NCBI RefSeq assembly: GCF_026210795.1
Contig: NC_089429.1
Span: forward strand, 124,001 to 188,000
Source of the DNA: Rhizophagus irregularis
Taxonomy: Eukaryota
DNA length: 64,000 nt
Direction: 5' to 3'
Made by a program: the position numbers and the translations under genes
Part shown: piece after piece, positions 11,408 to 26,400 of the stretch
How positions within the stretch are numbered: position 1 is the stretch's first letter
Layout: the number at the start of each line of letters is the position of its first letter
The notes under the pieces: model-generated
Seen by the model: the letters and a program-made list of their open reading frames with translations, nothing else
The model's database searches: none
Told to the model about the DNA's origin: nothing

Positions 11408-14400
11408 ATGTCTACACCTCCAGCTCCTTCTGTTATTAACCCGGATATTCCGCCGCCACCACGTCCTGTTATTTCTACTCCCTCTGGAGACCGACCTTTA
11501 TCTCCCACTAGTACCGCCGGCGCGCCCAACAAACGTTCACGCGTTGTCTCTGATGACGCTATGAATGTTGATATAACTTCACCTTCTGCTTCAGCTCCCA
11601 TCCTTATTTCTACCGCTCCCTCAGGTCTTCCTGTCAACAAAGTCCAAGTGCTTACATCTCCTCAAAATACTACTACTCCTGTTGAAACTGTCGACGCTTC
11701 TATCCATACTCCCTCTAACACCAGTGGTAAAGGCAAAGCTGTCGCCTTTGATGTCCCTGAACGACGACCATCCCCCGATGGTAATGCTGCCGCTATTAAA
11801 TCCGCTCCTTCTCGTTATTATGCTGCGGCATATTTACGTGATGCGCCTGACGCGTTCAAAATTAAATTCACCACCAATCGCTCCATGTGTGACGAAGTGG
11901 ATTGCTCACTCTCCCGTTATTCCTCCTATGGCGCCCGTGCACGCTGCGATGGATCAGGCGATAACAAGAAAATCCTTGTCTTCTTCAATGATCAGCATGA
12001 TTTTACCGATTGTATCAGCTCCCCACGTGCCGATCTCCTCAATTTGGCCTTTAGTCACTACTCCCCTGCAGACGCCAAGCTCAGTGATGAGATGAAGTCT
12101 TTGTTCGTCACTGATATCCCGCTTTTCCTAACTGTGACTCAAGTCCGTCAAGCTTTCTCCAGATATGGCACTGTTATCAAGTGCAAACTTACCCCTAGAA
12201 AACATTACTATAATGGACATATCCAGTTTTCTTCCGCGGATGCAATTACCCAATTTAATGATATTTGGGCGATCATTTGCCTTGGTAATTCTTTACGTGT
12301 CTGCCCGGCATCTTTTTCGAAATCCCAACGCGATAGCCGCAGAGAACATGTTGCTATCCTTGCCGGCATCCCTAAGAATATTAAAGAAGCTGATCTGTTA
12401 GAAATCGCTACTCACGTCAACGCTAAGACCCTTAACGTCCCTTTGTCTATCAGTTCCTACAAACCTAAACCTTATGTATATTTGAATTTCTCCTTATTTG
12501 AATCCCTTGAAGCTGCCAAAGAAATGACCGTGGCTTTCCGCGGCAAAGGATTAACATGGCACCCTCCCAATGAAGCACAAACTTTATGCCATGTTTGTGG
12601 GTGTCCTGGTTGTTCTCCCTCTGTATGTAATCCACGTCCTACTCGGAAAGTGGACGATCGCCTTAACAAACTTTATTCTCGTTTTAATGCTGGACCTAGA
12701 CATGGTCGTCAGGATTCGCGCCAATCACGTGACAATTCCACTTCTCGTTCAAGATCGCGTTCCAACTCTAGATCCCGCAATAATAATTCCTCTTCATCCC
12801 GTTCCAACAACAACAATAATACTTCTAACACTTCTCGTCCCAATACTTCTCAAAATAACAACCGGAACAATACTAATACTAATAATCATAGGAACAATGA
12901 AAATTCTTCTGGTTCTACTCAACCTCCACACAAACCTCATTCTGTCAATTCTACATCACCTACACAGGTCGAAAGATGCCAAATCAGTCACCAACCAGGC
13001 ATTAATCGGGTATCCGATTGATGCCTGGTTGGTAACTGATTTTCTCAATTTGATACCAATCGGGCTGCCCGATTGATAGTTGATTTCCGCCAAAATCCGA
13101 CAACAACCGGCTATCATCCGGGCTGCCCGATTGGTGACAAATTGAGAGTCAATTGATGGCCGAACGATGGTCAATTAATGGTCAATTGATAACCGATTGA
13201 TGACTTATTGGATTTGCTTAATCCGACAGCAATCGGGCAGTATCTGATTAATGACCGATTGGTAGCGTATTAATGACCGATTGATAATGTATTGATGACT
13301 GATTAATAGCTGATTTGTAATAGCCGATTGGTAAAATTGGTTTTATAAAATGTTTATGATGCACCTATTTTATTTATTATATATTTATTTACGCATTATT
13401 AATTACAAATTATTAAAAACAATGGTTTTAATTCCAGCCTACATGCGCTTTATTAATTACAATTTACAATATATTCAAAAATTTGATTGTACAATCATAG
13501 TTGTAAATATAATTTATTTCAAATGGGAACTTATATCAATGTATACAATCATAATAAAAGTAATATGATTAAGCGAAAATCGGTACGTTTTTGTTTCTGA
13601 TTGTTCTGATTGCTAACAGGAACGAATTTAAAAATAAAGAATTAATAAATGTTATACATTAAACGAACAAACAAGTTATTAGAAATAAATGGTGATGAAA
13701 TCTTGCTTACCAAACTCCTAACGAATGTCCGTCAGAAATCGAGTTTTCCGATTACTGAAAGTAGGAACAGCTTAAAGACCATCATGTTAATCATCGAATG
13801 AATGAAATTCGTCAAAATCGATAGATATACAAATTCGTTTCTAAAAATGAAATAAAATACGGTTCATTTCTGATTTTTTGAGAAATCTTGCGAATTAGAA
13901 TATGAATAAGGGCGTACATTAATCGATCAATCAACATGAGCAACTATTTAATAAAGAACCGCTGACAAATGCAATAATTAATTTTCGCTCCTCGGCACAG
14001 TACTTCTACATTTCGTCAGAAATCGAGTTATCCAATTGCTGAAAGTAGGAGCAATTTAGATCTGACCGAAACGTTAATTATTGACACGTTAAATATCTCA
14101 AACGAATTGTGCTAAGAATGAACTCACCTTTAATAAAGTTCGTCAAAATCGGTAAATACACAATTCGCTATTGATCGCAGAAAATATGTCGGTAGGGTGA
14201 GAATCGGCAGTGTTTTTGATTTTTCAAGAAATCTCACGTATTAGCTAATCTTACAAAATATGAGTAGTAAGGTGTACGTTAATCAATCAATCAACGCAAC
14301 CATCAAATGGCACGACCACTACATCTTCACCGCTAACAAACTGTAGACTTTTCGCTCCCTTTGATATACATGAAAAAATACACATAACTATGTTATATAT

Positions 14401-17400
14401 CAAAAAAAAAGCATACCTATTTGTACCATTAGCCCACCATAAAACTGGTCATAGTTACTGATATCAGAAATCGAGTTTGCCGATTGCTGAAAGTAGGAGC
14501 AATTTAAAGATACCGTCACGTTAATTATCTAAACAAATTGTGCTAGGAATGAACTCACCTTTAAAGTTCGTCAAAACCGGTAGTTACACTTCGCTTCTGA
14601 TTGAAGAAAATGAATTTAAAAATATATGTCGGTATGGTGAAAATCGGCAGTGTTCATTTCCGATTTTCGAGAAATCTCATGTATTAGCTAATCCTACAAA
14701 ATATGAGTAAGGCATACGTTAATCAATCAATCAACGCAACCATTAAATGGCACGATCATTATTACATCTTCACCGCTAGCAAACTGAAGGCTTTTCGCTC
14801 CTTTTGATATACATGAAAAAATACACATAACTATGTTATATATCAAAAAAAAAGCATACCTATTTTACTCCATTAGCCCACCATAAAACTGGTCATAGTT
14901 ACTGATATCAGAGATGAGTTTGCCGATTGCTGAAAGTAGGAACAATTTAAAGATACCGTCACGTTAATTATCTAAACGAATTGTGCTAGGAATGAACTCA
15001 CCTTTAAAGTTTTTCAACACCGGTAGATACACTTCGTTTCTGATTGCAGAAAACGAATTTAAAAATATATGTCGGTAGGGTGAAAATCGGCAGTGTTCAT
15101 TTCCGATTTTCGAGAAATCTCATGTATTAGCTAATCCTACAAAATATGAGTATATCAATCAATCAACGCAACCATTAAATGGCACGACCACTACATCTTC
15201 ACCGCTAACAACAAACTGAAGGCTTTTCGCTCCTTTTGTCTTTGAAGTATCCGTTACGAGATAGTATTCCCAACGTGTGATTTTACAAAAAATGTCCGCC
15301 CTTGATGTGGAAGGTACTTAGGAACCACCTCGTCTCCCGATTAATGAGACCCTAGATCAGAGGAGGCTAGCCTATCAGGTACAAGCACCTTACAACTTCA
15401 TTCCTAGGTAGTCAAAAATCTCGGGTGGTTCCAGACCACAGCGTACTATATGTAAAAATATGCATGAAAAAAAATACATAACTAGAATGTTATATCAAAA
15501 AAAAGTATACCTATTATTACTTACCATAATACCATTAGACCCATCAGTTAGGCTTGCCTCTAAATGAAGTTTATCAAAATCGGTATATATACATTTCATT
15601 TCTGATCGCTGAAAACGAATAAAGTTTATTTCGTTAGAAGTGAAGATCAGTACAAATATTCGCTTACCATTTTTAAAGTTACACTCAGTAAAATGAAAAT
15701 CGAAAGAAATATGCATTGTCGTTCTATATTTCACTTCGATTGAGTGTGAGGAGCAAAGAAGTATTAAATTCATCAAAAAATCGGCATGTTCTCGCACCTA
15801 TAAAAACAGGAGGATATTTGAAACACAACTCAATGAAACCTGTTTTACAAAAAGGAAATAGTGAAGGTTAGCGATAAATAACAGTTTCCGTATCTGTCTC
15901 CAGAATAAAATTGGAATATTCCCGTTCACGATTGTTGAATGTGAAAGTGCTTATTATTATTAATTTGTTATAAACTCGTACAGCTGAGTAACTGACATAC
16001 CAGTATGTCAACCATTGTCAGTGAACGAGTCCAATAATTTCACACCATATATTATGGGCGTAGAAAGTAAACGGTGATATAATAAGCAAAAATAAACAAA
16101 AAATAGGCAACGCATTCGTAAGATGGTATAAGAAAAATTCGCAAATAGGCAAAACGGCAAAAGAAGAAAAATTCGCAAATAGGCAAACGGCAAAAAGAAG
16201 AAAAATTCGCAAATAGGTAAAAAGGTTGTTGTAAACAAAATGTGCTTATTTCCATATTTATTGTAATCAAACAGAGATCTGGCCAATCAGATTAAATTTC
16301 GATGATCCAGATCACTAATCAAATTGGACTATTTGCGTATTATAACAATCAGTATATTTGCAAATACGGATACCGATTTATTAGTTAGCCCGACTCGTGA
16401 AATTTACAAAATTTAGCAACTTTGCGTATATATGTCGATTTCTAAATTAATGTCAAAAATAATCTGGCTGGTAATCCGCAGCTAGATTAGCTGTATATCG
16501 GTATGATTGTCAGTTGATGAAATAAAATAAAAAAATTAGGTATTGTGAAAATTGAACCAAAAAGATTGTCAGTCTTTAATTTCTTTTCAATCTGTTTGAC
16601 TCAAGCATTATATTTACTGATATATTTATTAAATTTACTGATATTTATTAAATTTACTGATATATTTATTAAATTTACTGATATATTTATTTATATTTAT
16701 TAAATTTACTGACATATTTCATTTATTTTGTAATTTACTAATCGCCTTGGCAACTGGATTTTTTAATGGCCCATCGTAGCCTGATTTCGTCCAACTAGGC
16801 GCGCTATTCGGCGCCGTTTCTTCAACGTACTCACCAGGCTTGTACACCCGTTCACGCTTTTTATCGCCTTTTGTTGTATTACTGTCAACATAGTACAAAA
16901 ATCTGCGCAGCTTTGTTTTAAAATGAATTAGCATATGCCAGTTATATGTAACCCATTTCAATAAATTCACTTACAGTACTGGAGCGTCATCGCAGGTTAC
17001 GCACGACAATTATGTTTCGCTCGTCCTCGCTTTCTGAAATTTCCGGGCTATGATAGCCGTTTTCTGTGATTATTGGCCGCAATTCTTCGTTACTGAACTT
17101 TTCAATCAACGGATCATTAATTTTTTTTAAATTGTTGATCGTCTTTGATCTTTTTTTTCTTTTCTATTTTATAAAAAACTCGTAAATAAATAATGATGAT
17201 TAGGATGATTAGTAAAATATAACATTTATATTTACCTCCGATCATCGTGAATTTTGGTGTTTCCGTCCTGTTTCTTTCTTTATATCATTTTCTGATTTAT
17301 TTTTGACCCGAAGATTGTCCCTTTTGTGGCGGTGCCGCTGATGGATCATCTCGTATATGACACCTTCCCCTATGGTGTAGGTGTCAAGATCCAATGTTTT

Positions 17401-20400
17401 CATTAAATTTGGCACAATCGTTTTAACTACAAGATCCTTTTGAAGCTCGAACGTTTTTTCGATATCTAATTGAGTTTCCTGAGGCATTCTTGCCTGATTC
17501 CAGAATAGATCTCTCTAAAAATATATTATTATCAGTAAATTTATAAAAAATAAAAAATACAGCGAAAGTTTTGTTTACCCTTAATGCTTCTCTCAAATCT
17601 TTGGGCATTTCAGATACATGTTGGTATCGTCGTTCTTTTGACCTTTTTCTTTTCTTGTCATCTCTTGGCCTAGAATCAGAATCAAGAATTTGAGTGCCTT
17701 CCGGGTTTAATTCTATCAATTGTATATTGACCATTAAGCAGTGAATCAGAATGTTTAGAACACAATAAGCAGAATTATACGACATACTAAATGTACCTAG
17801 TTCTGATTCCGATTTTGATTCTGATTCCGAACTAGATTCGTATAAGATTTCTGATTCCGGGCTGCTTTTTGTATAAATTTATAAATATATCTCAATTTTT
17901 GATAAGTTAACTGACACGAAGGGTTACTTACTCTTCCTTACGAAGCTTTTTGTTTCCCATTTTGTAAACTCTATTGAAAGTTATGTTGAAAAAAAAAGAG
18001 AAAGTTATGTATCGGTTAGCCTCCGAGGTTCTCTGGGATAAAAAAGGTCCGGTTTTTTATCTATTAGGAAGCCTTGTTGGTAGAGGGCTTGGAAGCCTTC
18101 AGGCTTTTGACTTCGGTCGTTGCAGAAATCCAACGACAAGATTTTATAACTTTACTTACTATAAAGGACTGAAAGAACTGAAAATTTTAGACCAAAAAAA
18201 AAAAAGACTTATAATATGGTAAAAAAGAACAACGTTTCGCTCTGCAATATAATTAATTCGCGAATGTCGGTATCGTTCTTAACCCACCACGCGGTGCTGA
18301 CCCGCATAATATATTTTAATAAGGGTCAAGATGATGTCACCAGAAGGGTCAAGTCTGATATTTTTGCAACTAAATCATTTGAGCGAATTACCAAAACGGA
18401 CGGACCGCGTGATAATTTTCTGGTTTCGCTATAGTAAAACCCGATTAATATTAATTTTTCATTAATACCCCGTACAATTTCCTATCTTCACATGCCATTA
18501 AGCAATAATAGTCTATTCAGACCGGACTAATATATGAAATTGTACATATTAAAAGCTCTTTATTCGTCGATTTGACATTCATAAATAGGCTATAAGATAC
18601 ATACGTAGAAATTCTCAAATTTTTCATTGAACGCTTCGATCTTACTAAAACATAATCATGTCTACAAAACTTAGATATAAAGTATCATGTGATTGCAAGG
18701 AATGCAATGGCAAATATGTTGATGAAAGAACCAGAAAAAGACATCTAGATTTAGAGCGTCATTTAGCGTCTAGCGTTTCCGGATTTGTCCCTTTTTTACC
18801 CGGAAACAATCGGATTAAGCCAGCACATACCGTCTATCATAGTCCGATCGTAGAAGGATCATCAAGATCAAAAGAAATGACCGGACAAGAAGAGTCAACA
18901 TCATTTAATAATAATTATGAATCAGATTTTGCCGGTTTTGTCCCTCAAAAAAGGCGTAGACAAGACCAGTTTCGGGAACCAGAAACCAATAAGGAAAGCA
19001 ATGAACCGATTAATGAATATGAATATGAAGGTGACATTTCTCCAGAAGACAATATGGATTTGGACGACGATCCTGTTGAACAATTTGCTGCACCCGAAAA
19101 TGATTCAGAATTTGCATATCCCGACACAAATGTTAATATTGCGGATTCTTGGATATTAACATGGATATTCAAATATCAAGCAAGATTTTGCTTGCCGGAT
19201 GTTGCACTAGATTCTTTAATAAAGTTTTTTCATCAAGTATTAATGGATGCTAATCAGACGAGATTCAAAGATTTCCCGTCTTCTTTATACACTGCGACTA
19301 AGTTATTACGAATCGACAACCAATCTATGACTTACGCAGTATGTCCGAGCTGTAATACATTATATAATATAGCTGATGTTGTTGCGGATGAAGGATTTAA
19401 ATGTACGCATATAGAATTTCCAATGAAACCGAAGGAAAAATTTTGCGGAATGGAATTAACTGTGCAAGTACCGCATGGTAATGGAAATAAAAGACGCCCC
19501 AAATTGTTATTTCCATTGCCGAATTTGAAAATACAGATAAACAATTTGTACCAGAGACCAGAATTCAAGCAACAACTACGAAAATGGACCAATCGGGATG
19601 TAAATAATGGTATGTTAGCAGATATTTATGACGGTAAAATCTGGAAAACTTTTCCAGACACTTCAGACGTCCCATTTTTTACACCAGAGACCGCAGATTC
19701 CCACTTGGGAATTATGATTAATCTCGATTGGTTTCAGCCTTTCGAGTCATCTGTATACAGCTGTAGGGCTATTTATGGGGTTATTTGTAACCTACCGCGT
19801 GAAATTAGATTTAAAAAAGAAAATATGTTGACGCTTGGTCTACTACCAGGACCAAGCGAGGTTAAGTTACACAAAATTAACCATTATCTCACTCCGATTG
19901 TTGATGAGTTATTAGAGTTCTGGGATGGGATTGAGATTCCCGCCGCTGAAAAAAATATCCGATTGGCATTAATATGCTGTTCGAATGACATTCCTGCAGC
20001 GATAAGCTCTGCGGTCACATATCAGCATCAGTGAGCTGCCATAGGTGTTATAAAACTGCAAATTCAAATGGAAATGGAAATAAGTCAAATTTTGGCGGCT
20101 TTGATGATATGGTTGACTGGTTTGTAGAAAGAGATTTGGATGAACATCGACGGAATGCTGAGCTTTGGAGACTGTGTAAATCTGAGGAGGAAAGAAAACG
20201 TCATGTGAGTTCAACCCATGTTAGATGGTCCGAACTGCTTCGATTGCCGTATTTTAATCCGATAAGGTACCTTGTCGTAGATCCAATGCACTGTTTGTTC
20301 CTCAGAATAGCCCATTGGATAATTAAAAAATTATGGATCGATGGCAACAAGATCACGAAACAAGATCTAGAAAAAATGGAAAAGCGAGCAAAATACATAC

Positions 20401-23400
20401 AAATACCCGCGGATTTGGGGCGTATTCCAAATAAAATCGCAACTGGAGAAGGATTTTCCAGATTTACGGCCGACCAATGGAAAATGTTTGTTCTAATTTA
20501 TGCTATCCCGTTGATGTGGGATTTGCTCGCTGAACCAGATCGACAAATTTTGGGGAATTTCGTTAGAGCTTGTTCTCTGCTAGTTTATCGAATTATTGAC
20601 TGTGACATATTGAACGAAGCTCACGAACGTTTGCTCAAAGTTGCAACGTTAATTGAAGAAAATTATGGTCCGGAAAGAATAACCCCAAACCTCCATTTGT
20701 GTCTTCATATTGCCGATTGTTGCCGGGATTATGGTCCATTATATTCTTTCTGGTGTTTTTCCTTTGAAAGAATGAACGGTATCCTCGGTAGGTATTTTGT
20801 GAACTGTTTAATCATTTAAGCTTGCTAATAATTTATTAAATAATATATCAATAGGCTCTTTTCCCAATAGTAATCGTCAAATTGAACCCGAACTTTTACG
20901 AATTATAATGCGGAATTGGAGACTTGATAACCTTGTATCCGTTCAATCAAATAATGTTAAGCTTGTTGAAGCTTTAAAATTAATTCAACCACGATCAACT
21001 TCCGGAAGTTTGGCAGCTTACGATAATTTTAATTACACTGAGCTGTATCAATTTAGAAAGGTATTCTTCCAAGAAGTTGATGAAACGATTGTCGGTAGCG
21101 AACCATTTCCTGAAGAAATGCTTACGCCATGTAAAAATCGGGTTGCCTTGCCTGATGATATTTATCAAATCCTAACCGAATATTATAATATTGCTTACGA
21201 CTTGCAATTTGTAACAATTGCTGAGTCAACATCAACCAGTTCAAGAGATGCAATAGTTGTGCCAAATATGGTTGATCAATTTGGGCGGGTTAGGATCTCA
21301 GCAGAAGTGTTTGGATCGGCAATGGCGCCCCGATACCTGAAAAACGCGAATGTTTTGGCGAAATTTATCCAAAACAATGAAACGACCGACTTATTTCCAG
21401 GTCAGGTACAGTATTATTTTGAACATACTGTGAGAATTTCGGGTGAACTTAAAACACATCGATTAGTATTTGTTAAATGGTATAAACCGGCGCCAAACCA
21501 GAAAACCCGATTTTATACAAGTATTGATGGTGATGAAAAAAGCTCAAATATTGAACTTTGGCGAAATGAATTTTATGAGATAGAGCGAGATTGTTTAATT
21601 CCAATTCATTACCTATATAGTCGCTTTGTATCTGGTGAATTTGTAATTGGCAAAAAGAATCCTATCACATATAATGCTGTAATCCCAATAAATAGGCAGT
21701 TTCATTTGTGAGAATTTTTACTGGTATAATAGAATTCTATTGTTTGGTGAAAATATAAATTTTAAATATGCAGATTTACTTTAACATTTAATGGAAGTGT
21801 ACGATGTATTATATTTTTATTTTGAGTAATTAATTAGTTACACGACTATTTCAATTCAAGTAACTAAAATGATAGTTAAATAACCCTTCGACTGTTGTTA
21901 ATATACAAAAAAGATCAGAATATCAAGACTTGGGCCGGTCCAAAGGACTCACGGCATCCAAGCCAACCGGTCCAGAGAACTCACGGTCATGGTCAAATAT
22001 TCTGGAAAGTAATGCATACAGCAGGTACTGAACTCAGAAATATAATCCAGGTATTACATTCCCTAACCAATACGCCACTGCAGCATTAAAGTTACAATAA
22101 AAAAGTTCCAATATAATTTATTTGATTGATTTTCTTATAAGGTAATCATGCATGAGTAATTAGTCTGTAAGCAGCAATAAAAATCGTGCCGATTATAAAA
22201 AACTCATGATAAATAAGTTCATCAGCTTTCTGCCGGTCATCTCTTACGTTTGAAAGTTTTTTTGAAAGTGGATTGTAATTTCAAAATTTTATTACAGGTA
22301 TACCGATAATGATCAAATGGAACAAATTTACTTGAAAATTTAATGCATATCCTTCAATTTTAATAGGTCAGTGAAAACAAAGATTACATTCAAGTCAGTT
22401 TCTTTTTTACGGTTATCGATTTTCTTTTATATAAACCGATTCCGCTTTAATATAATAATAAACATTCTTAACAATTATCTTATACTGTATATTCATACCA
22501 GTTTTTTCTTATAGTTATTGGTCTTTCGTACGAATATCACAATATTCGGTTTTTATATCTGCATTTTTTTTTTTATCTCATTTTTTTGTAAATAGTCAAA
22601 GGTTATAAATTGATTTTTATTTTAATCCTAGGGGTTATAATGGGCCGAAAGCATAAACATAGTAGCCTTAAATACATTAGGCAAAACCTGATACGAAAGA
22701 ATGAGAATTTAACGCGAGTAAATGACTCTTTACAAATAATGTCGAATCACGCAACGATCAGGGATATAGAATCTTGGAAAAAGGTTGTAGAATTAGAAAA
22801 CTGTAATCGTGCGTTAACGGAAATCATGAGTATGCAGAAAGAAGCAAATGATTTTCTACAACAAAAGATCGATATATTAGAAACTCAACTATCCCTACTT
22901 AATAATTCAGAAATGGGAACTTTATTAAATAATCAAGAAGTGAATTCGTTTAGCAGTGCTCTGATGTTAGCATCCTCTGTCAAAATAAATAATATCAGAA
23001 GTGAGGAGGGTGAGGAGGATGAAGACGGTAAAATTAAAATACGTGAAATATGCGAGTAAGTCTTATTTCGATATAATATTTGTCAAATAATAAAGTCAAA
23101 TAATAAATAATAGAAAAGTTTGTAAGTCAATGATATATCTTATTAAATAACATATAACATATACCGGTGTTGCTTAATTTCTGCAAATTTCGCGTATCAT
23201 ATTACATCATTACATCGTTACAGTCAAATAATAAATTATAGAAAAGTTGTAAGTCAATGATATATCTTATTAAATAACATATGACATATACCGGTGTTGC
23301 TTAATTTCTGCAAATTTCGCGTATAATATTACATCATTACATCATTAGTCTAATGATTAATTGTCAAGATTTTAATTTATTAAATTTATTAATCATTTAA

Positions 23401-26400
23401 TTGTTAATTGTTAGAACAATTGAAAATTGTTAAAATTGTTAAAAATAATGAAAATAATCGATCTGAAAAAAAAATACTGATTTCTTTCTATACTGTGGAT
23501 ATTTTTATGTTTTTTAAAAAAATTTAAAAAATTTGAATTAAATATGTCCAATAAGAAAGATTTAGAGAAAGTAGACGAGCTATTGGGTAAGTTGATCGGC
23601 GGACAGCAGATATTAGGATATTACTAAAAACTAATGATTATCTAAATTAATAGCTTTTACCCAACAAGCCAAATATTTTTTTGAAAAAATTGCGAATATT
23701 ATACAAGGACAACAAGAACAGCAAAATAATGAACCCTACGGGGTGCCAGGTTCTTCACGGGCTGTTTCTTCACGGGCTGTTTCTTCACGGGCTGTTTCTT
23801 CACGGGGTTCTTCACAGGCTGGTTCTCAAGCAAGAACCAATTCTTATATCGTCAGATGAGGATATAACAATTAAAATGGAAAAAAGCGACACCGCTGTAA
23901 CTAGCGGTATTAGTGAAAAAGGTGAAGAAAGCGCTGTAACCAGCGCCACTAATGAAAAAGAAGATGTAAGCGCTGTAACCAGCGCTACTAATGAAAAATA
24001 CAGGGGTACTAAAAAGGCCGTCAAAAAAAAAAATACTAACGATGGCGACAAAAATTCCAGAAAAAGCCATCAGCGATAAAGCAAAGGGAAAAGCCCCAGT
24101 CCAATCAAGTTCAGACGATTCAAGTGATTCGGACAGCTCCTATAGTTCAAATAGTTCAAATACTCCCTTCTATTTGACGAAGAGTGATATGCCAAAAGAT
24201 CTAAAAGAAGCCTTAAGGGTAAATAAGGATATCTCAAATTAATTTTATATATATTTATTAACTGATATTGTTGATTTTATATAGAAGGAAGTTATTTGGA
24301 AGTATGATGCGTTACCAGAAGGGAGAAGGATTGATTTGGGTCAAACATTCACTAATCAGCGAAATCGCGTTATTAACGATATTATACCTAGTATAATGGA
24401 AAATATTAATAATAATATATTTCCTATTTCTAACGAAATTTTATATGATATAATTCACTCCCCTTCATCGTCATCGACGTGAAGAGCACCTTAAAAAGAA
24501 TCGGTCATCGTCAAGAAAAAAACTGCAAGAAAAAAGAAAACATTCCAATTCCAGACGCCACGACGTGAGTAAATAAAGTTTTGTACAGTGTATATATTTG
24601 CTTAATACTAACTTCTTATCTAATACAGAAAAGATTAAAAAGGGGAAGACTAATAAAACATTTACAGATGGTGAAAAATTCATTAGTCAAGAAATTTAAG
24701 GACGAAGACTTACAATTAATAATTGACAATAACGCTTACCATTCACCCGAGGAATCCGAGACTGATTGCGAAAACGGGAGAAGCAATATTATTGTCAAAG
24801 ATCTTAAGTGGAGATCTGACACAGTGAGTATTTCTTCCTGCTTTTATTATTTTTAATTTTACCATTTCTGACTATTTTTAATTTTACTAACTATTTCTAC
24901 CTATTTTTAATTTATTTACTAACTATTTCTAACTATTTCTAACTATTTCTAACTATTTTTAATTTTACCAACTATTTTAATTTTTTTAAGTTACGATTAT
25001 TTTTGCGTGAATATATTGACCGATTAAGAACTGAACAACCAAATAATAGAAAATTACGTGAGCGAGTTATGGGCAATTGTTTTTGTAATAATGAACCGGC
25101 GGCGCCTTTGTTGGCGCCACATTGGACTCGTTCTGGATATAAAGGAAAGTTAAAGATCGCAGTCACCCAGCAGCTGGACCAGCGTCAAGACCAGCAGTAT
25201 GACTTGATGAAATTTGCGGAAAGTGAAAAGTCCTTTAATGATGGATATGATGCTGGACGTTGGAGAAGGAGGAAGAAATGAAGAGACTGTTTTATTAACA
25301 AGTACTGACCAACCTTCCAACCAATCTTCCAACCAACCTTCTAACCAATCTTCCGACCAATCCTCTAACCAACAACCTTCCGATCAATTCTCCAACCAAC
25401 AACCTTCCGATCAATCCTCCAACCAACAACCTTCTGGCCAATCTTCCAACCAACCTTCTGGCCAACCTTCTGACCAACTTTCTGACGATGATTATCTTGA
25501 AATGGACGATTGATGGTAGTGATTGTGGTGGTGTTGTGATGGTGGTGATTTCCTATATTTTGTATTCTATTTACCTATTTTTCACTAATAACCGATCCCC
25601 CCTCCCCTGCTTTTGCGAATTTTATGTATATTAATTAGTACATACAGTTAATTTTTTTTTTTTCTAAAAATACTTCCTTCAAATAATATTATTGTAATAT
25701 TTCTTTTTTCAATTATTTCTTTAATCATCCAACGATATTCTTTTTTATAAAAATCTTCGACTTTCTGCCTATTTTTTCTTTATTAAATATCATTCCTTGT
25801 ATATTCCCTTGTTTATTTTGTACACATTATTTCATCATGTATAGTCAAATGATAAATTTTCAGTGGTAATTAGAAGAATTATTAAATCTTTTAATACAAT
25901 TGGTGACAAAATTGTTTATTATTTAGAATAAATCATTTACTAGCTTATGCAATATAAAAGAATGTGGGTACATACATTTTTATTATGATTTCCATCATTG
26001 TTCAGTTTACTAGTAACAGTTAAAATAAGTCGGCCAGTAGTATCGAATTTTTATTCTTCGATAAGTCTTAGATCAGATAAAATCATAAAGCACATTTATT
26101 GAATGAGCATCAATCGGCTACATACAAATCATCTATTACAACTATTTGCAAAATAACGGACCAGCTAATTCGATTTTCGATTGCGTATGAATATTTCATA
26201 CGCAGTCATATACGCATAGTTAACTGCTAGAATTATTGTGATATAACTGCAGATGATTACATATGAAAAACTCAAAAAATGAGTTTGACGGTCTGGGCAG
26301 ATATTACCATGCGTATAACTGCGTATGAAAATTTCATACGCAGTCGAAAATGAATTAGGTGGTCCATTATTTTCGCAAATAGCTGTAAGTGGTCCGTTAT

